A stretch of 64,000 nt of DNA from Myxococcota bacterium (GCA_036336835.1 JAYZFK010000005.1:32001-96000), one strand, 5' to 3'. Positions 49,880 to 59,418 are shown, numbered from the stretch's first letter. Numbers and translations: made by a program. The notes: a model not told the origin generated them from the letters alone.

Positions 49880-50304
49880 GTACGGATGGTCTCGAGGCCG
49901 GTCGCGCCGCCCAGCCGGGGAAGCTCGTCGTCGATCCGCGTCCATTCCGACCGGTCATCGAAGAAGATGTGGAGCTGGGGCTTGCGATCGATCTCGCCCT
50001 TCAAGTTTGCGAGCGGGATGTCGACCTCTTCGGGCCGCTGAGTCGACTCGCATAGCAGCGATGTTCCACAGCGCCCGCAGAAACTGCGAGATCCATGCGA
50101 CGACGACTGGTAGCGAACGAGCTCCCGCTCGCCCGCGTCGATCGCGAGCTGGCCCCGAGGGAGCGCAATCCAGGTCACGTAGCCCGCCCCGTGGTTGCGC
50201 TGGCACATCGTGCAGTGGCAGTGGACGCACGCCGTGGTCGGCAGCTCGATGTGGAACGCGACGGCGCCACAAAGGCACGCCCCCTCGATCTGGGACTCGC
50301 TCAT
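49876..50304 (-). CDS. GFA (CENP-V-like) family protein
   Basis: GACLCGAV, CHCTMCQR, RSFCGRCG. AAGGAGG RBS. Confidence 0.9.
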   Translation of the reverse strand: MSESQIEGACLCGAVAFHIELPTTACVHCHCTMCQRNHGAGYVTWIALPRGQLAIDAGERELVRYQSSSHGSRSFCGRCGTSLLCESTQRPEEVDIPLANLKGEIDRKPQLHIFFDDRSEWTRIDDELPRLGGATGLETIRT

Positions 50305-50467
50305 GGGCTGCAACCTCCTTTGGTTCGCGGTTCAATGTGCTCGATCGCCGAGTTCGTCAGAAACGGGAAAAACTCGGCGCCGAGCCAGGCCGCCCGATCG
50401 GTCGGATCGAAGCTCCCGTGTCGGCACGCCGAAGCCCGATGCGGACGAAGTCGGTCGCCGCGCCGGC

Positions 50468-50923
50468 TCACGATTCTCGCCCCGAGCGCAGCGCGATCAG
50501 CTGCTGCTTGGTGAGCTGCGGCAGATCGTCCGTGATCCCGAACCACGGTGCCCGCAGCTCGACGAAGATGTGCCTGTCGGGCTCCAATCCCGGATCGTCC
50601 TCCAGCAGACCGGCGGGAAGCTCGAACCATTCGGCGTCCGCCTCGGGATCGGGAACCGGCGAGCCGCAGCGACTGCAGAACGACGTGCGGTAGGGCGGAG
50701 GCCGCTCGACCCGCGGCAGCTCGAACCGTCGGATCAGCTCCGCCCCGGCGAGCAATCGATAGTCGTCCGCTCGGACTCCGAGACCCGCGACGAAGGCACT
50801 TCCCGAAGCCTTGCGGCAGCGGCTGCAGTGACAAAGCTCGAAGGGACCGACCGCGCGCGCGACCTCGAAGCGCACACCACCGCACAGACAGGCGCCCCGG
50901 ATCGTTGCCGCTGGCCTGGTCAT
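50468..50923 (-). CDS. GFA family protein
   Basis: GACLCGGV, CHCSRCRK, FCSRCGS, HIFV...APW. Confidence 0.9.
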   Translation of the reverse strand: MTRPAATIRGACLCGGVRFEVARAVGPFELCHCSRCRKASGSAFVAGLGVRADDYRLLAGAELIRRFELPRVERPPPYRTSFCSRCGSPVPDPEADAEWFELPAGLLEDDPGLEPDRHIFVELRAPWFGITDDLPQLTKQQLIALRSGRES

Positions 50924-50957
50924 GCTCGCTCCCATCTTCATCATCGGTTCGACGCGT

Positions 50958-51617
50958 CTACACCCCAGCCACGCTCACCGTGTGGGCGAGCGCGAGCTGG
51001 GAGGCGAAGTAGGCCGGCAGTCCCCACGCTCCGTTCACGAAACCCGGAGCGACGAAGCGCTCTCGGGCGACCGAGATGTCGGACGCCGCGAAGCCCAGCG
51101 CCCCCAGCCCGAGCAGTGCGGGTCCACCCGAGAGTGAGGCCGCACCCGCGAACGCCAGCATTCCCGCGATCACCACGACGTAGGCCACGAGCGGCAGCGC
51201 GAAGTCGGCCGGAGCCTGGGGACGCAGCCAGCGATGGACTCCGAGCGCGCCGGCTGCCGCCAGGACGCCGCACACCAGCAGCCACGGTGCTTCGATCGCG
51301 AGCCGAGTACACGCGACCGCATAGGCAACGTGCCCGAGCAGGAACGCCCCGATCCCCAGCTGGAAGGTCTTCGTCCTCCCGGACGAGAGCAGGAGCGCAT
51401 CGCCGACCCAGCAAAAGCCGAGCCCCACGAGCAGCCAGACGCCATAGCCGCTGTCCATCGCGCCCCACGCCAGTGCGGCCCACACGAAGGCCGACGACGC
51501 CGTGAGCTTGGCCGGCGCGCGAACCGCGGGGGAGTCGAACCACTCCGCCACGAGCAGAGCCCCGACTGCCGCGGCGCACAGCACGACCGGGGCCCCGGAC
51601 AAAGTCGTGTCATCCAT
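50958..51617 (-). CDS. YhhN / lysoplasmalogenase family membrane protein
   Basis: AK..AS, GD.LLL, F.LG..AFL.GH.AY, SD..VA.ERF, YF..Q. Confidence 0.85.
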   Translation of the reverse strand: MDDTTLSGAPVVLCAAAVGALLVAEWFDSPAVRAPAKLTASSAFVWAALAWGAMDSGYGVWLLVGLGFCWVGDALLLSSGRTKTFQLGIGAFLLGHVAYAVACTRLAIEAPWLLVCGVLAAAGALGVHRWLRPQAPADFALPLVAYVVVIAGMLAFAGAASLSGGPALLGLGALGFAASDISVARERFVAPGFVNGAWGLPAYFASQLALAHTVSVAGV

Positions 51618-51975
51618 GCGCGGCGGAGACCTCGTCGAGGTAGAAGAGGTTGCCATCGGGGTCGGCGAGCATTGCCATGAAGCCGCCCCAGGGCTGGCGA
51701 GTCGGCGGCATCGTGAAGACCACACCCGCGGCTACGAGCCGCGCGTAATCCGCCTCCAGATCCTTCGTCTCGAGCCCCACGCCCGTGTGGCAACCGACCA
51801 GCTCCGCCTGATCTTCGCCCGCGACAGCGAGCCCCAGGCGAATCGGCCCGGCGAGCAACGATGCGTAGCCGTGCGCGGGATCGGCCTGCTCCAGCGCCAG
51901 TCCGAGCGTCTGCCGATAGAACTCGCAGCTACGATCGAGATCCGTCACGAACACGTTTACGTAGGCGATATCCAT
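51610..51975 (-). CDS. VOC / glyoxalase family protein
   Basis: V.DLDRS.EFY...LG, QPWGG, DPDGN. Confidence 0.9.
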   Translation of the reverse strand: MDIAYVNVFVTDLDRSCEFYRQTLGLALEQADPAHGYASLLAGPIRLGLAVAGEDQAELVGCHTGVGLETKDLEADYARLVAAGVVFTMPPTRQPWGGFMAMLADPDGNLFYLDEVSAAHG

Positions 51976-52055
51976 GTCCCGGCGCTCGCTCGCTTTCGGG
52001 CCTCAGCATCTCACGGCGAGCGCGTCCGGCCAAGCGCCACGTCGCGCAGCTCGCA

Positions 52056-52238
52056 CTACCGAGCCAGCCAGACGACCGACCGCATCACTTCGACCGCCGG
52101 CTCGACGCCCGCGACCGACAAGCGCGCGACGAAGCGCTCGGGCCACTTCCGGCCGTGCGCGGAATCGCGCGTCCTCGCCAGAAACGCCGGAGCGCTCTCA
52201 TCGTAGGTCGTCTGCGTGGTTCGTGCGTCGTCGGGCAC
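52056..52238 (-). pseudogene. Possible internally deleted SAM methyltransferase remnant
   Basis: T..TYD..A..F...TRD....RF..RL resembles the pre-motif-I N-terminus of class I methyltransferases, but there is no DxGCG and the ORF ends at 60 aa. Confidence 0.35.
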
Positions 52239-52256
52239 GGTGAGAATCCGACGCGC

Positions 52257-52598
52257 TCAGGCAAGCAAGGCGCGCGTGATCATGCGGTGGACGAAGAACC
52301 CGACGGGCAGTGCCGCACAACCGAGCGCATACGCCTGCCAGAACGAGAGCCCGAGCCGATCCGAGAACAGGAATGGGAGGAAGAATGTCAGGCTGACAGG
52401 AATGGCGACGAAGATGCTCCTGGCGAGCAGGATCGAAGCCGCGGCGTCGGCGTGCTCTCGATAGGACAGCGGCAGCACGAGCAGGGTTGCAAGCGGCAGC
52501 GCCACGATGAAGCCCGCGAGCGTGGGAAAGCGACCAGACAGCCAGGAGGCAAAGCTGACGACGACAGCCGTGACCAGGATGTTGAGTACGAACAGCAA
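52257..52598 (-). CDS. Small 4-TM protein (DUF3147-like)
   Basis: P.LAGFI.ALPL..LL motif, hydrophobic. GGAGGAGG RBS. Confidence 0.7.
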   Translation of the reverse strand: MLFVLNILVTAVVVSFASWLSGRFPTLAGFIVALPLATLLVLPLSYREHADAAASILLARSIFVAIPVSLTFFLPFLFSDRLGLSFWQAYALGCAALPVGFFVHRMITRALLA

Positions 52599-52691
52599 GT
52601 CAGATCCTCCTCCGGCGACACGATCGGAGCCCAGAGCGACTCGATCCCGCGGATCGATCAGAGCCAGTGCTCGGCGAGCCGGTCCCCTCTC

Positions 52692-53243
52692 TCAGACGGG
52701 CAGGTCGGCTCGGGTGAAGATCGCTTCGAGCGTGACACCGCGCTCGGCGAACGCCTCGGCGGCGCCTTCTCCTCGCTCGACCAGGCACAGCACGCGTGCG
52801 ACCTTGCCGCCAGCCCGCTCGACGATCTCGAGCGCCTCGAGCGTCGAACCGCCGGTGGTGGTCGTATCCTCGACCAGGGCCACCGTCTGGCCCTGGGCAA
52901 AAGCGCCCTCGATCTGCTTTCCCATGCCGTGCTTCTTGGCCGCCTTGCGCACGAAGAAGCCGAGCAGCGGCGTTGCGGGGTCGGCTTCGGCAGCGGCGGC
53001 GAGCACGGCCGAGACATAGGGCACGGCCCCGACGGCCATTCCGCCCACGGCGTCGATGCTCGGGCCGCTCTGCAACCTCTCGTAGGTGAGCGCACCGGCG
53101 AGTCGCAAGCCGAGCGGACGCATCAGCGTGGTGCGCAGGTCGAGATAGAAGTCGCTCTGCTTGCCGCTCGAGAGCGTCACCTTGCGACGTTCGAACGACA
53201 CGTCGAGGATCAGATCGAGCAGTTGCTGTCGCGGCGTACTCAA
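52692..53243 (-). CDS. pyrE: Orotate phosphoribosyltransferase
   Basis: LSSGKQSDFYLD, GG.A.GA.P, RK..K.HG...IEG, VEDTTTTGGS. Confidence 0.93.
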   Translation of the reverse strand: MSTPRQQLLDLILDVSFERRKVTLSSGKQSDFYLDLRTTLMRPLGLRLAGALTYERLQSGPSIDAVGGMAVGAVPYVSAVLAAAAEADPATPLLGFFVRKAAKKHGMGKQIEGAFAQGQTVALVEDTTTTGGSTLEALEIVERAGGKVARVLCLVERGEGAAEAFAERGVTLEAIFTRADLPV

Positions 53244-53264
53244 GTTGACTCCACAGGTGGAGAG

Positions 53265-54443
53265 CTAGCCCTTGCGCACCCCGAGCATCGTCTCGGCGAT
53301 GATCCGGGTGTGGAGCTCGCTCGTCCCTTCTCCGAATTCGAGGCTCTTGGCCTCCAGCAGCAGGCGACCGATCTCGTACTCGGCAGTACACGAGTAGCCG
53401 CCGAAGATCTGCATGCCATCGAGAGCGTTCTGCACCGCAGCCTGGCTCGCCAGCAGCTTCGCCATCGAGCTCTCCATGCTACATCGGGCGATGCCGCGGT
53501 CCTTCATCCTGCCGAGCTGGTAGACGACGAGCCGCGCCTGCTGCGTGCGGCACACCATGTCCGTGACCTTCTGCTGGATCAGCTGGAACTCGCCGATCTT
53601 GCGATCGAAGGCCTCGCGTTCGCCCGCGTAGGGCACTGCCAGGTCGATGCAACGCTGCGCCTGGCCCACACAGCGCGCGGCCACCGAGAAGCGCCCCATG
53701 TCGAGCGCCGAGCCCAGGATCGGGAAGCCCTCGTACTCTTCGCCCAGCAAGGCCTCGCTGGGCACGAAGGCGTCCTCGAAGTGCACCTCGGCGAGGTTGT
53801 CGCGCTTGAGCGTGCGCATCGGGAAGTCAGAGAGCTTGATGCCCGGGTTGTTGCGCGGATCGACCAGGAAGGCCGTGACACCCTTGTGCTTGCGCTCGCG
53901 GTCGAGCGTCGCAACCACGAAGAACAGTCCCGCGTGGGCTGCGTGTGAGATGAACACCTTCGTTCCGTTCAGCAGGTAGCCACCGTCGACTCGCTCTGCG
54001 GTCGACCGCATGTTTCCGAGGTCGGTACCGCCGCCGGGCTCGGTCAGACAGGCCGAGCAGAGGATATCGCCAGCCGCAATCCCGGGGAGCCAACGCTGCT
54101 TCTGCTCCTCGGTTCCGAAGCGGTCGATCGAGCCGCCGCACAGCGAGTTGGCGACCGAGACCACCGAGGCTGTCACCCAATCGACCCGTGCCAGCTCCTC
54201 GCAGATCACACCGTAGGTGAGCACGTCGCTGAACGACCCGCCGAATTCCTCTGGGATCAGGGGGCCCAGCAGCCCCAGCGGCGGCAGCTTGGCGATCAGC
54301 TCGAGCGGGTAGCGTTCCTCGCGCTCGTGCTCTTCGACGTAGGGAAGGATCTCGGCCTCGGCGAATTCCCGCACCTGCTGACGCACCAGCCGCTGCTCGT
54401 CCGTCAGGTCGAAATCCATCATTCGATCCAGGGGGGTACTCAT
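53265..54443 (-). CDS. Acyl-CoA dehydrogenase
   Basis: CLTEPGGGTD, LNGTKVFIS, R.AF...I.EFQ, SMAKL, QIFGGY, EGTSE. Confidence 0.93.
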   Translation of the reverse strand: MSTPLDRMMDFDLTDEQRLVRQQVREFAEAEILPYVEEHEREERYPLELIAKLPPLGLLGPLIPEEFGGSFSDVLTYGVICEELARVDWVTASVVSVANSLCGGSIDRFGTEEQKQRWLPGIAAGDILCSACLTEPGGGTDLGNMRSTAERVDGGYLLNGTKVFISHAAHAGLFFVVATLDRERKHKGVTAFLVDPRNNPGIKLSDFPMRTLKRDNLAEVHFEDAFVPSEALLGEEYEGFPILGSALDMGRFSVAARCVGQAQRCIDLAVPYAGEREAFDRKIGEFQLIQQKVTDMVCRTQQARLVVYQLGRMKDRGIARCSMESSMAKLLASQAAVQNALDGMQIFGGYSCTAEYEIGRLLLEAKSLEFGEGTSELHTRIIAETMLGVRKG

Positions 54444-54623
54444 GACCGCTCCTGGCCCGGAGGCCGCAGTGGGAATGGAGTCGCCCGACCGTCCGGAGCC
54501 GGCAACCCAGCCGAGCTTAGCTCGCCGAGCGGCGCGCAGAGGCAGGCTGGACGCTCGGGTGCCCCTCTCCTACTCTGCGTCCCCCTCGGGCCGCCCCGGC
54601 GCGGGCGCGACCAGGAGTCGGCG

Positions 54624-54755
54624 ATGAAGAAGGTGAAGGGGCTCGCGCACCGCAAGCGCGGCAAGAAGAGCGCGCACGCGAAGGCCAAGCGCAAGGCGAA
54701 GCTGCGCCGCGCTCGCCGCCGCCAGACCCACGGCGAGCGCAGCACCTATCGCTGA
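54624..54755 (+). CDS. Very basic 43-aa protein
   Basis: AGGAG RBS, host-like codons (AAG/CGC), MKKVKGLAHRKRGKKSAHAKAKRKAKLRRARRRQTHGERSTYR. Confidence 0.7.
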   Translation: MKKVKGLAHRKRGKKSAHAKAKRKAKLRRARRRQTHGERSTYR

Positions 54756-54780
54756 TACGCGGCGTGGCGGCGTCGCGGCG

Positions 54781-55668
54781 TCAGCCCGTCTGGACTGCAT
54801 CGGCCAGGGCGTCGATCGAGCGCGCCAGTGCATCGTCGATCGCGCGCTCCCAGCGCCTCAGATCGTCGGTCGCCGCAGCCTCTGGAAACAGCACCGCGCG
54901 CGACGAGCTAACGACGCCGCCCTCGAGCCCAGACGGCCCGGGCACGAAGCCGCGCACGGCGTCCCGCGCCCCACCGCCCTGTGCGCCGTAGCCCGGGACC
55001 AGGAAGAACGCGTTCGGCAGCTGCTTGCGCACGGCCTCGTGCTGCTCGGGCCAGGTCGCCCCCACCACCACGCCGAGCGACGACCAGCCGGTGTCGGGCC
55101 CCCTCAGGCGCTCGCAGAGCGGTGCGAGCGAGGCTGCAACCCGCTCGTAAACAGCGGTGCCCTCGACCGCGAGGTCCTGGAGATCGCCCGATCCGGGATT
55201 GCTGGTCCGGGAGAGCACCACGAGACCCCGCCCGTTCGCCTCCGCGGCCGCGGCAAAGGGCTCGAGGGTGTCGAGCCCGAGGTACGGACTCAGGGTGATG
55301 GCATCGACCTCGATCGGGGCATCCGCAGCCAGATAGGCCGCAACATAGCCTTCGGCAGTGGAGCCGATGTCGCCGCGCTTCGCATCGAGCAGCACCAGCA
55401 GCCCGGCCTCGCGCGCGCGCTTCACGATGGTGTCGAGCGCACGCATCCCCTGCCAGCCGAGCTGCTCGAAGAAGGCGATCTGCGGCTTCACGACCGCCAC
55501 CCGGCCCGCCGCGCGCTCGACGATTGCACAGCCGAAGGCCTCGACGGCCTGCGCGGTGCCGCGCGGTCCGAACAAGGTCGGGACCCGATCCAGATGGGGA
55601 TCGATTCCGACGCACAGCGGGCTTCCGAGCGCACGCAGGCGCGAGATCAACGCATCTCCGAAGTGCAC
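54781..55668 (-). CDS. pyrF: Orotidine-5'-phosphate decarboxylase (type 2)
   Basis: CVGIDP, KPQ.AFFE, DAKRGDIGST, PYLG.D, RTSNPG, VVGAT, LVPGYGAQG, SSR. Confidence 0.95.
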   Translation of the reverse strand: MHFGDALISRLRALGSPLCVGIDPHLDRVPTLFGPRGTAQAVEAFGCAIVERAAGRVAVVKPQIAFFEQLGWQGMRALDTIVKRAREAGLLVLLDAKRGDIGSTAEGYVAAYLAADAPIEVDAITLSPYLGLDTLEPFAAAAEANGRGLVVLSRTSNPGSGDLQDLAVEGTAVYERVAASLAPLCERLRGPDTGWSSLGVVVGATWPEQHEAVRKQLPNAFFLVPGYGAQGGGARDAVRGFVPGPSGLEGGVVSSSRAVLFPEAAATDDLRRWERAIDDALARSIDALADAVQTG

Positions 55669-55759
55669 GGGCCCGAGTGTAGAAGATCGGGCGGTCGACG
55701 TATCCTGGCGGCGATCTCGTTCGTCGAAGGAGTAGAGGCTGACGCAAGGAGGGCCCGCC

Positions 55760-56761
55760 GTGGCCAAGTTCGAGCTCGCGGATGAATCGCGCAACGACGC
55801 GCGCGCTGCCTGGCACCGCTACCTCGCGCACGTCGCCCCATTTCGTCCCGAGCTGCACCGCTATTGCCGGAAGCTCACCGGAGAGATCTGGGACGCCGAG
55901 GATCTGGTGCAGGACACGCTGCTCCGAGGCTTCGGCACCCTGGGCTCGATCCACCAGCGCATCGCCAACCCGCGCGGCTACCTGATCCGCATCGCCACCA
56001 ACCTGTGGGTGGACGCCCAACGACGGCGCGGTGCCGAGACACGCGCCCTCGCGAGAGCCGTCGAACCGCCCGGGGCCGACGCGCCCCCGCCGGCACATGC
56101 AACCGACGTCCGCGAGGCTGGGACCGTGCTCATGCAACAGCTCTCGCCCCAGGAACGGGCCGCGTTCCTGATGAAGGATGTCTTCGACATGAGCCTGGCC
56201 GAGATCGCTGAAGCACTCGGCACCAGCGTCGGAGCCGTCAAGGCCGCGCTCCACCGCGGTCGCGGCCGCCTCGAGCCCGGCGATGCCGCCGCCAGCTCGC
56301 CGCGACCCACTCCACCCGCGGAACTGGTCGACCGCTTCGTCGAACGCCTCGCCGCGTCGGACCTGCCCGGCCTGCTCGAGCTGATGGCCGACACGGGTGT
56401 GGTCGAAACCGTGGGGTCCCTACTCGAGGTGGGCAGGGATCAATTCGAGCGCGAAGGCAGCTGGCTGTGGCAGTCGGTTCACGTGCACCCGGATCTGCCC
56501 CCGGAGCAGCGACCGCCGAAGTGGCGCCCCGAGAGCGGACGCTTCCGGGGCGAGCCCGTGATGCTGTCGTTCTCGCCCTTCCAGGGAGAGGATTGGCTCC
56601 AGTCGATTACGCGCTTCGAGGAGCAGGACGGTCGCATCGGGCGCATCCGCGCCTACTACTTCTGCCCGGAGACGATGCGCGAGGTCGCTCAGCAGCTCGG
56701 CCACAAGGCGGGTCACGTGCTCTACCACTTCCCGTTCGACGCGCTCGCCGCAAGGGACTGA
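55760..56761 (+). CDS. ECF sigma-70 factor with C-terminal SnoaL-like extension
   Basis: LHRYC..LTG..WDAEDLVQDT, L.RIATN..VD, region 4 LSPQERA...AVKAALHRGR, followed by about 150 extra residues. Confidence 0.88.
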   Translation: MAKFELADESRNDARAAWHRYLAHVAPFRPELHRYCRKLTGEIWDAEDLVQDTLLRGFGTLGSIHQRIANPRGYLIRIATNLWVDAQRRRGAETRALARAVEPPGADAPPPAHATDVREAGTVLMQQLSPQERAAFLMKDVFDMSLAEIAEALGTSVGAVKAALHRGRGRLEPGDAAASSPRPTPPAELVDRFVERLAASDLPGLLELMADTGVVETVGSLLEVGRDQFEREGSWLWQSVHVHPDLPPEQRPPKWRPESGRFRGEPVMLSFSPFQGEDWLQSITRFEEQDGRIGRIRAYYFCPETMREVAQQLGHKAGHVLYHFPFDALAARD

Positions 56762-56784
56762 GACCATCGGAGCCGGATGATCTG

Positions 56785-58203
56785 TCAGTGGTCGTCGACG
56801 GCTGGCGAAGCGCGACGCCGCAGGCGCAGCAACAGCACCCCCAGCACGATCGTCGCCGCGGCGGCGGCGATCAACACCCACGCTGCCCGTCCATCGGGTG
56901 CTCGTCGCTCGGCGGTGCTGCGCCCCCACTCGTGAGCATCGATGAAGGCCGAGAGTCGGCCGAGAGCAGTCTCCGCGCTCGGAGTCAGCGGGCGGAGCAG
57001 CAGATCTTCGCTCTCGTGCGGGTCGGCGACCAGATCGTAGAGCTCTTGGCGAGAGCCGAGCGTCCGGATCAGCTTGTAACGCGCACCGCGTGCCGCGCGC
57101 GCATACACGTTCAGGTCTGGCGGCCCCCCGTTCGGCCGGAACCAGCTCGTGTACACCATGCTCCGGCCCGGTGCGGCAGCGTCCGCGAGCTGGGGAGCGA
57201 ACGACACCGAGTCGTCCGCGGTCGCGCTACTCCTCACCAGCTCTGCGATCGTTGCGAACAGATCGGTCGCCTGCACCAGCGCGCCGGACTCGGCTCCCCG
57301 GTTGGCAGCGGGCACGTCGGCGCCGGCGACGATCAGCGGCACCCGCACCCCCCCCTGGTAGACGCTGCGCTTCCCGTGCTCGGAGTCGAACGGCGGCTCG
57401 ATGACTTGCGCGTAGCTGCCGTTGTCGCCCATCACGATGATGGTCGTATCGGAGTCCACGGCGGCGAGCACCCGCGCGAGCTCCGTATCCACGGCCTCCA
57501 ACATCGCGGCGTAGACCTCCGGGAACGTCGCACCAACGAGGTCTCCCCGAGTGTGGAGCCGAGACGGCGGTGCGTGGAGCGGGAGATGAGGCGAGTTGAA
57601 CGACAGCCACACGAACCACGGCCGCGTCTGCGCCTCGATCCACGCGATCGCGTCGTTGGCCGTGTCGGTGGTCGCGTACGTCGACTGCCTGCGCTGGTCG
57701 ACTCCGTCGATGAACTTGCGCCAGTTCCAGTAGCCGCCCGGTCCGACGTTCGACCGCGACCCGCGATGCGTGTCGAAGCCGAGGTTCAGCGGATGCTCGG
57801 GATCGTGCTCGAGGTGCCATTTTCCGATCGCAGCCGTGGCATAGCCCGCTTCGCCCAGCACATCGGCGATCGTGAGCTCGTCGGTATCCAGCCCCGGGCC
57901 CGGCGGGATCCCCTTGCCCAGACCCGTCAGCTCCGCTCGTCGCCCCGTCAGTGCTGCCGCTCGTGTCGGCGAGCAGGCGGGGTTCGCCCAGGCGTTGCGA
58001 AACAGCACGCCCTGCCGCGCGAGCGCGTCGAGGGTCGGCGTCGGCGGAGGCTCGGGCGCTTCCGCGTAGGCGCCGACCTTGTCGACGCCTACGTCGTCGA
58101 GCAGGACGATGAGGTAGTTCGCCGGGAACGCCGGAAACGGGGCGACCGCGAGCATCAGCGCGACGAAGGCCCGACAAGGAAGGGCGACCCGGTGATTCGG
58201 CAC
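56785..58203 (-). CDS. Formylglycine-type sulfatase, exported, with C-terminal TM anchor
   Basis: N.LIVLLDD.G, CSPTRAA.LTG, GKWHL, PH.P, GDNG, K...YQGG.RVP, ELYDL..DP.E. Start approximate. Confidence 0.9.
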   Translation of the reverse strand: MPNHRVALPCRAFVALMLAVAPFPAFPANYLIVLLDDVGVDKVGAYAEAPEPPPTPTLDALARQGVLFRNAWANPACSPTRAAALTGRRAELTGLGKGIPPGPGLDTDELTIADVLGEAGYATAAIGKWHLEHDPEHPLNLGFDTHRGSRSNVGPGGYWNWRKFIDGVDQRRQSTYATTDTANDAIAWIEAQTRPWFVWLSFNSPHLPLHAPPSRLHTRGDLVGATFPEVYAAMLEAVDTELARVLAAVDSDTTIIVMGDNGSYAQVIEPPFDSEHGKRSVYQGGVRVPLIVAGADVPAANRGAESGALVQATDLFATIAELVRSSATADDSVSFAPQLADAAAPGRSMVYTSWFRPNGGPPDLNVYARAARGARYKLIRTLGSRQELYDLVADPHESEDLLLRPLTPSAETALGRLSAFIDAHEWGRSTAERRAPDGRAAWVLIAAAAATIVLGVLLLRLRRRASPAVDDH

Positions 58204-58284
58204 CCGTTTCACGGCCTCCCCGCGACGAACTGGCTCGAGCAGACGCGTCCGTGGGGCGCGAAGTGTAGCGGCTATGCTGGCGCA

Positions 58285-59418
58285 ATGGCCGACGCGCTCT
58301 CGTTCCACTTGAAATCGTCGTCCGGCGACGCGCGTGCCGGGATCGTGACGACGCCGCACGGCCGCTTCGAGACGCCAGCGTTCATGCCCGTAGGCACGCA
58401 CGGCGCGGTGAAGGCGTTGACGCCGGAGCAGGTGCGCGCGACGGGCTCCGAGATCGTGCTCGCCAACACCTATCATCTGGCATTACAGCCGGGCGAAGGG
58501 CTGGTCGAGAAGCTGGGCGGGCTGCACGGCTTCATGCGCTGGGACGGCCCCATCCTTACAGACAGCGGCGGCTTCCAGGTGTTTTCGCTGCCCTCGACCG
58601 AGATCAGCGACCGGGGCGTGCGTTTCAAGAACGAGGTTACCGGCGAGGCGATGGACCTCACGCCAGAACGCGCGATCGAGATCCAGAACGCGCTCGGCGC
58701 GGACATCATCATGGCCTTCGACGAGTGCACACCCTACCCGGCGACCAGAGAGCTTGCATCGACCGGCGTCCGGCGGACACTGTCCTGGATCGAACGGTGC
58801 CTGCGCGCCCACCGGCGAAGCGACGATCAGGCGCTGTTCGGGATCGTGCAGGGCAGCGTATATCCCGAGCTGCGAAACGCCTGCGCGCAGTCGCTGGTCG
58901 CGCTCGATCTGCCCGGCTACGCGATCGGCGGTGTTTCGGTCGGCGAGGGACACGAGCTGCTGTGCGACGTCACCTCGCAGACGGCGCCGCTGCTTCCGGA
59001 GAGCAAGCCCCGCTACCTGATGGGCGTGGGCCTGCCACACGATTTGCTCGCCGCCATCGGTTACGGCATCGACCTGTTCGACTGCGTGATCCCAACTCGC
59101 TATGCGCGCTCGGCCACCGTTTTCACGGTGCGAGGGCGGATTCGCCTCACCAACCGCCGCTACCGCCGCGACGGCTACCCGATCGATCCCTCCTGCGACT
59201 GCGAGACCTGCTGCGGTGGCTTCTCGCGCGCCTATCTGCACCATTTGTTCGCGGCAAACGAGGTGCTCTCAGCCATCCTGTGCGCGGCCCACAATGTCCG
59301 TTTCTACCAGCGGCTGATGCAGCGCGCGAGAGAGGCGATCGTCACCGGCAGCTACGCGGCGTTCCACCGGGACTTCCTCGAGGAGTACGGGGCGCAAGAT
59401 CACCGCAAGCAAGGCTGA
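58285..59418 (+). CDS. tgt: tRNA-guanine transglycosylase (queuosine)
   Basis: TPAFMPVGT, NTYHL, TDSGGFQVFSL, MAFDEC, GIVQG, GGVSVGE, YLMGVG, FDCV.PTR, CDCETC...HN. Confidence 0.97.
   Translation: MADALSFHLKSSSGDARAGIVTTPHGRFETPAFMPVGTHGAVKALTPEQVRATGSEIVLANTYHLALQPGEGLVEKLGGLHGFMRWDGPILTDSGGFQVFSLPSTEISDRGVRFKNEVTGEAMDLTPERAIEIQNALGADIIMAFDECTPYPATRELASTGVRRTLSWIERCLRAHRRSDDQALFGIVQGSVYPELRNACAQSLVALDLPGYAIGGVSVGEGHELLCDVTSQTAPLLPESKPRYLMGVGLPHDLLAAIGYGIDLFDCVIPTRYARSATVFTVRGRIRLTNRRYRRDGYPIDPSCDCETCCGGFSRAYLHHLFAANEVLSAILCAAHNVRFYQRLMQRAREAIVTGSYAAFHRDFLEEYGAQDHRKQG

Noticed and set aside
56467..59418. 983-aa TGT fusion, or a DNA-modifying DpdA-like TGT
   Set aside because: The extension is antisense to the sulfatase. 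The core has canonical bacterial TGT motifs (FDEC, SVGE), and no dpd/que genes are adjacent.
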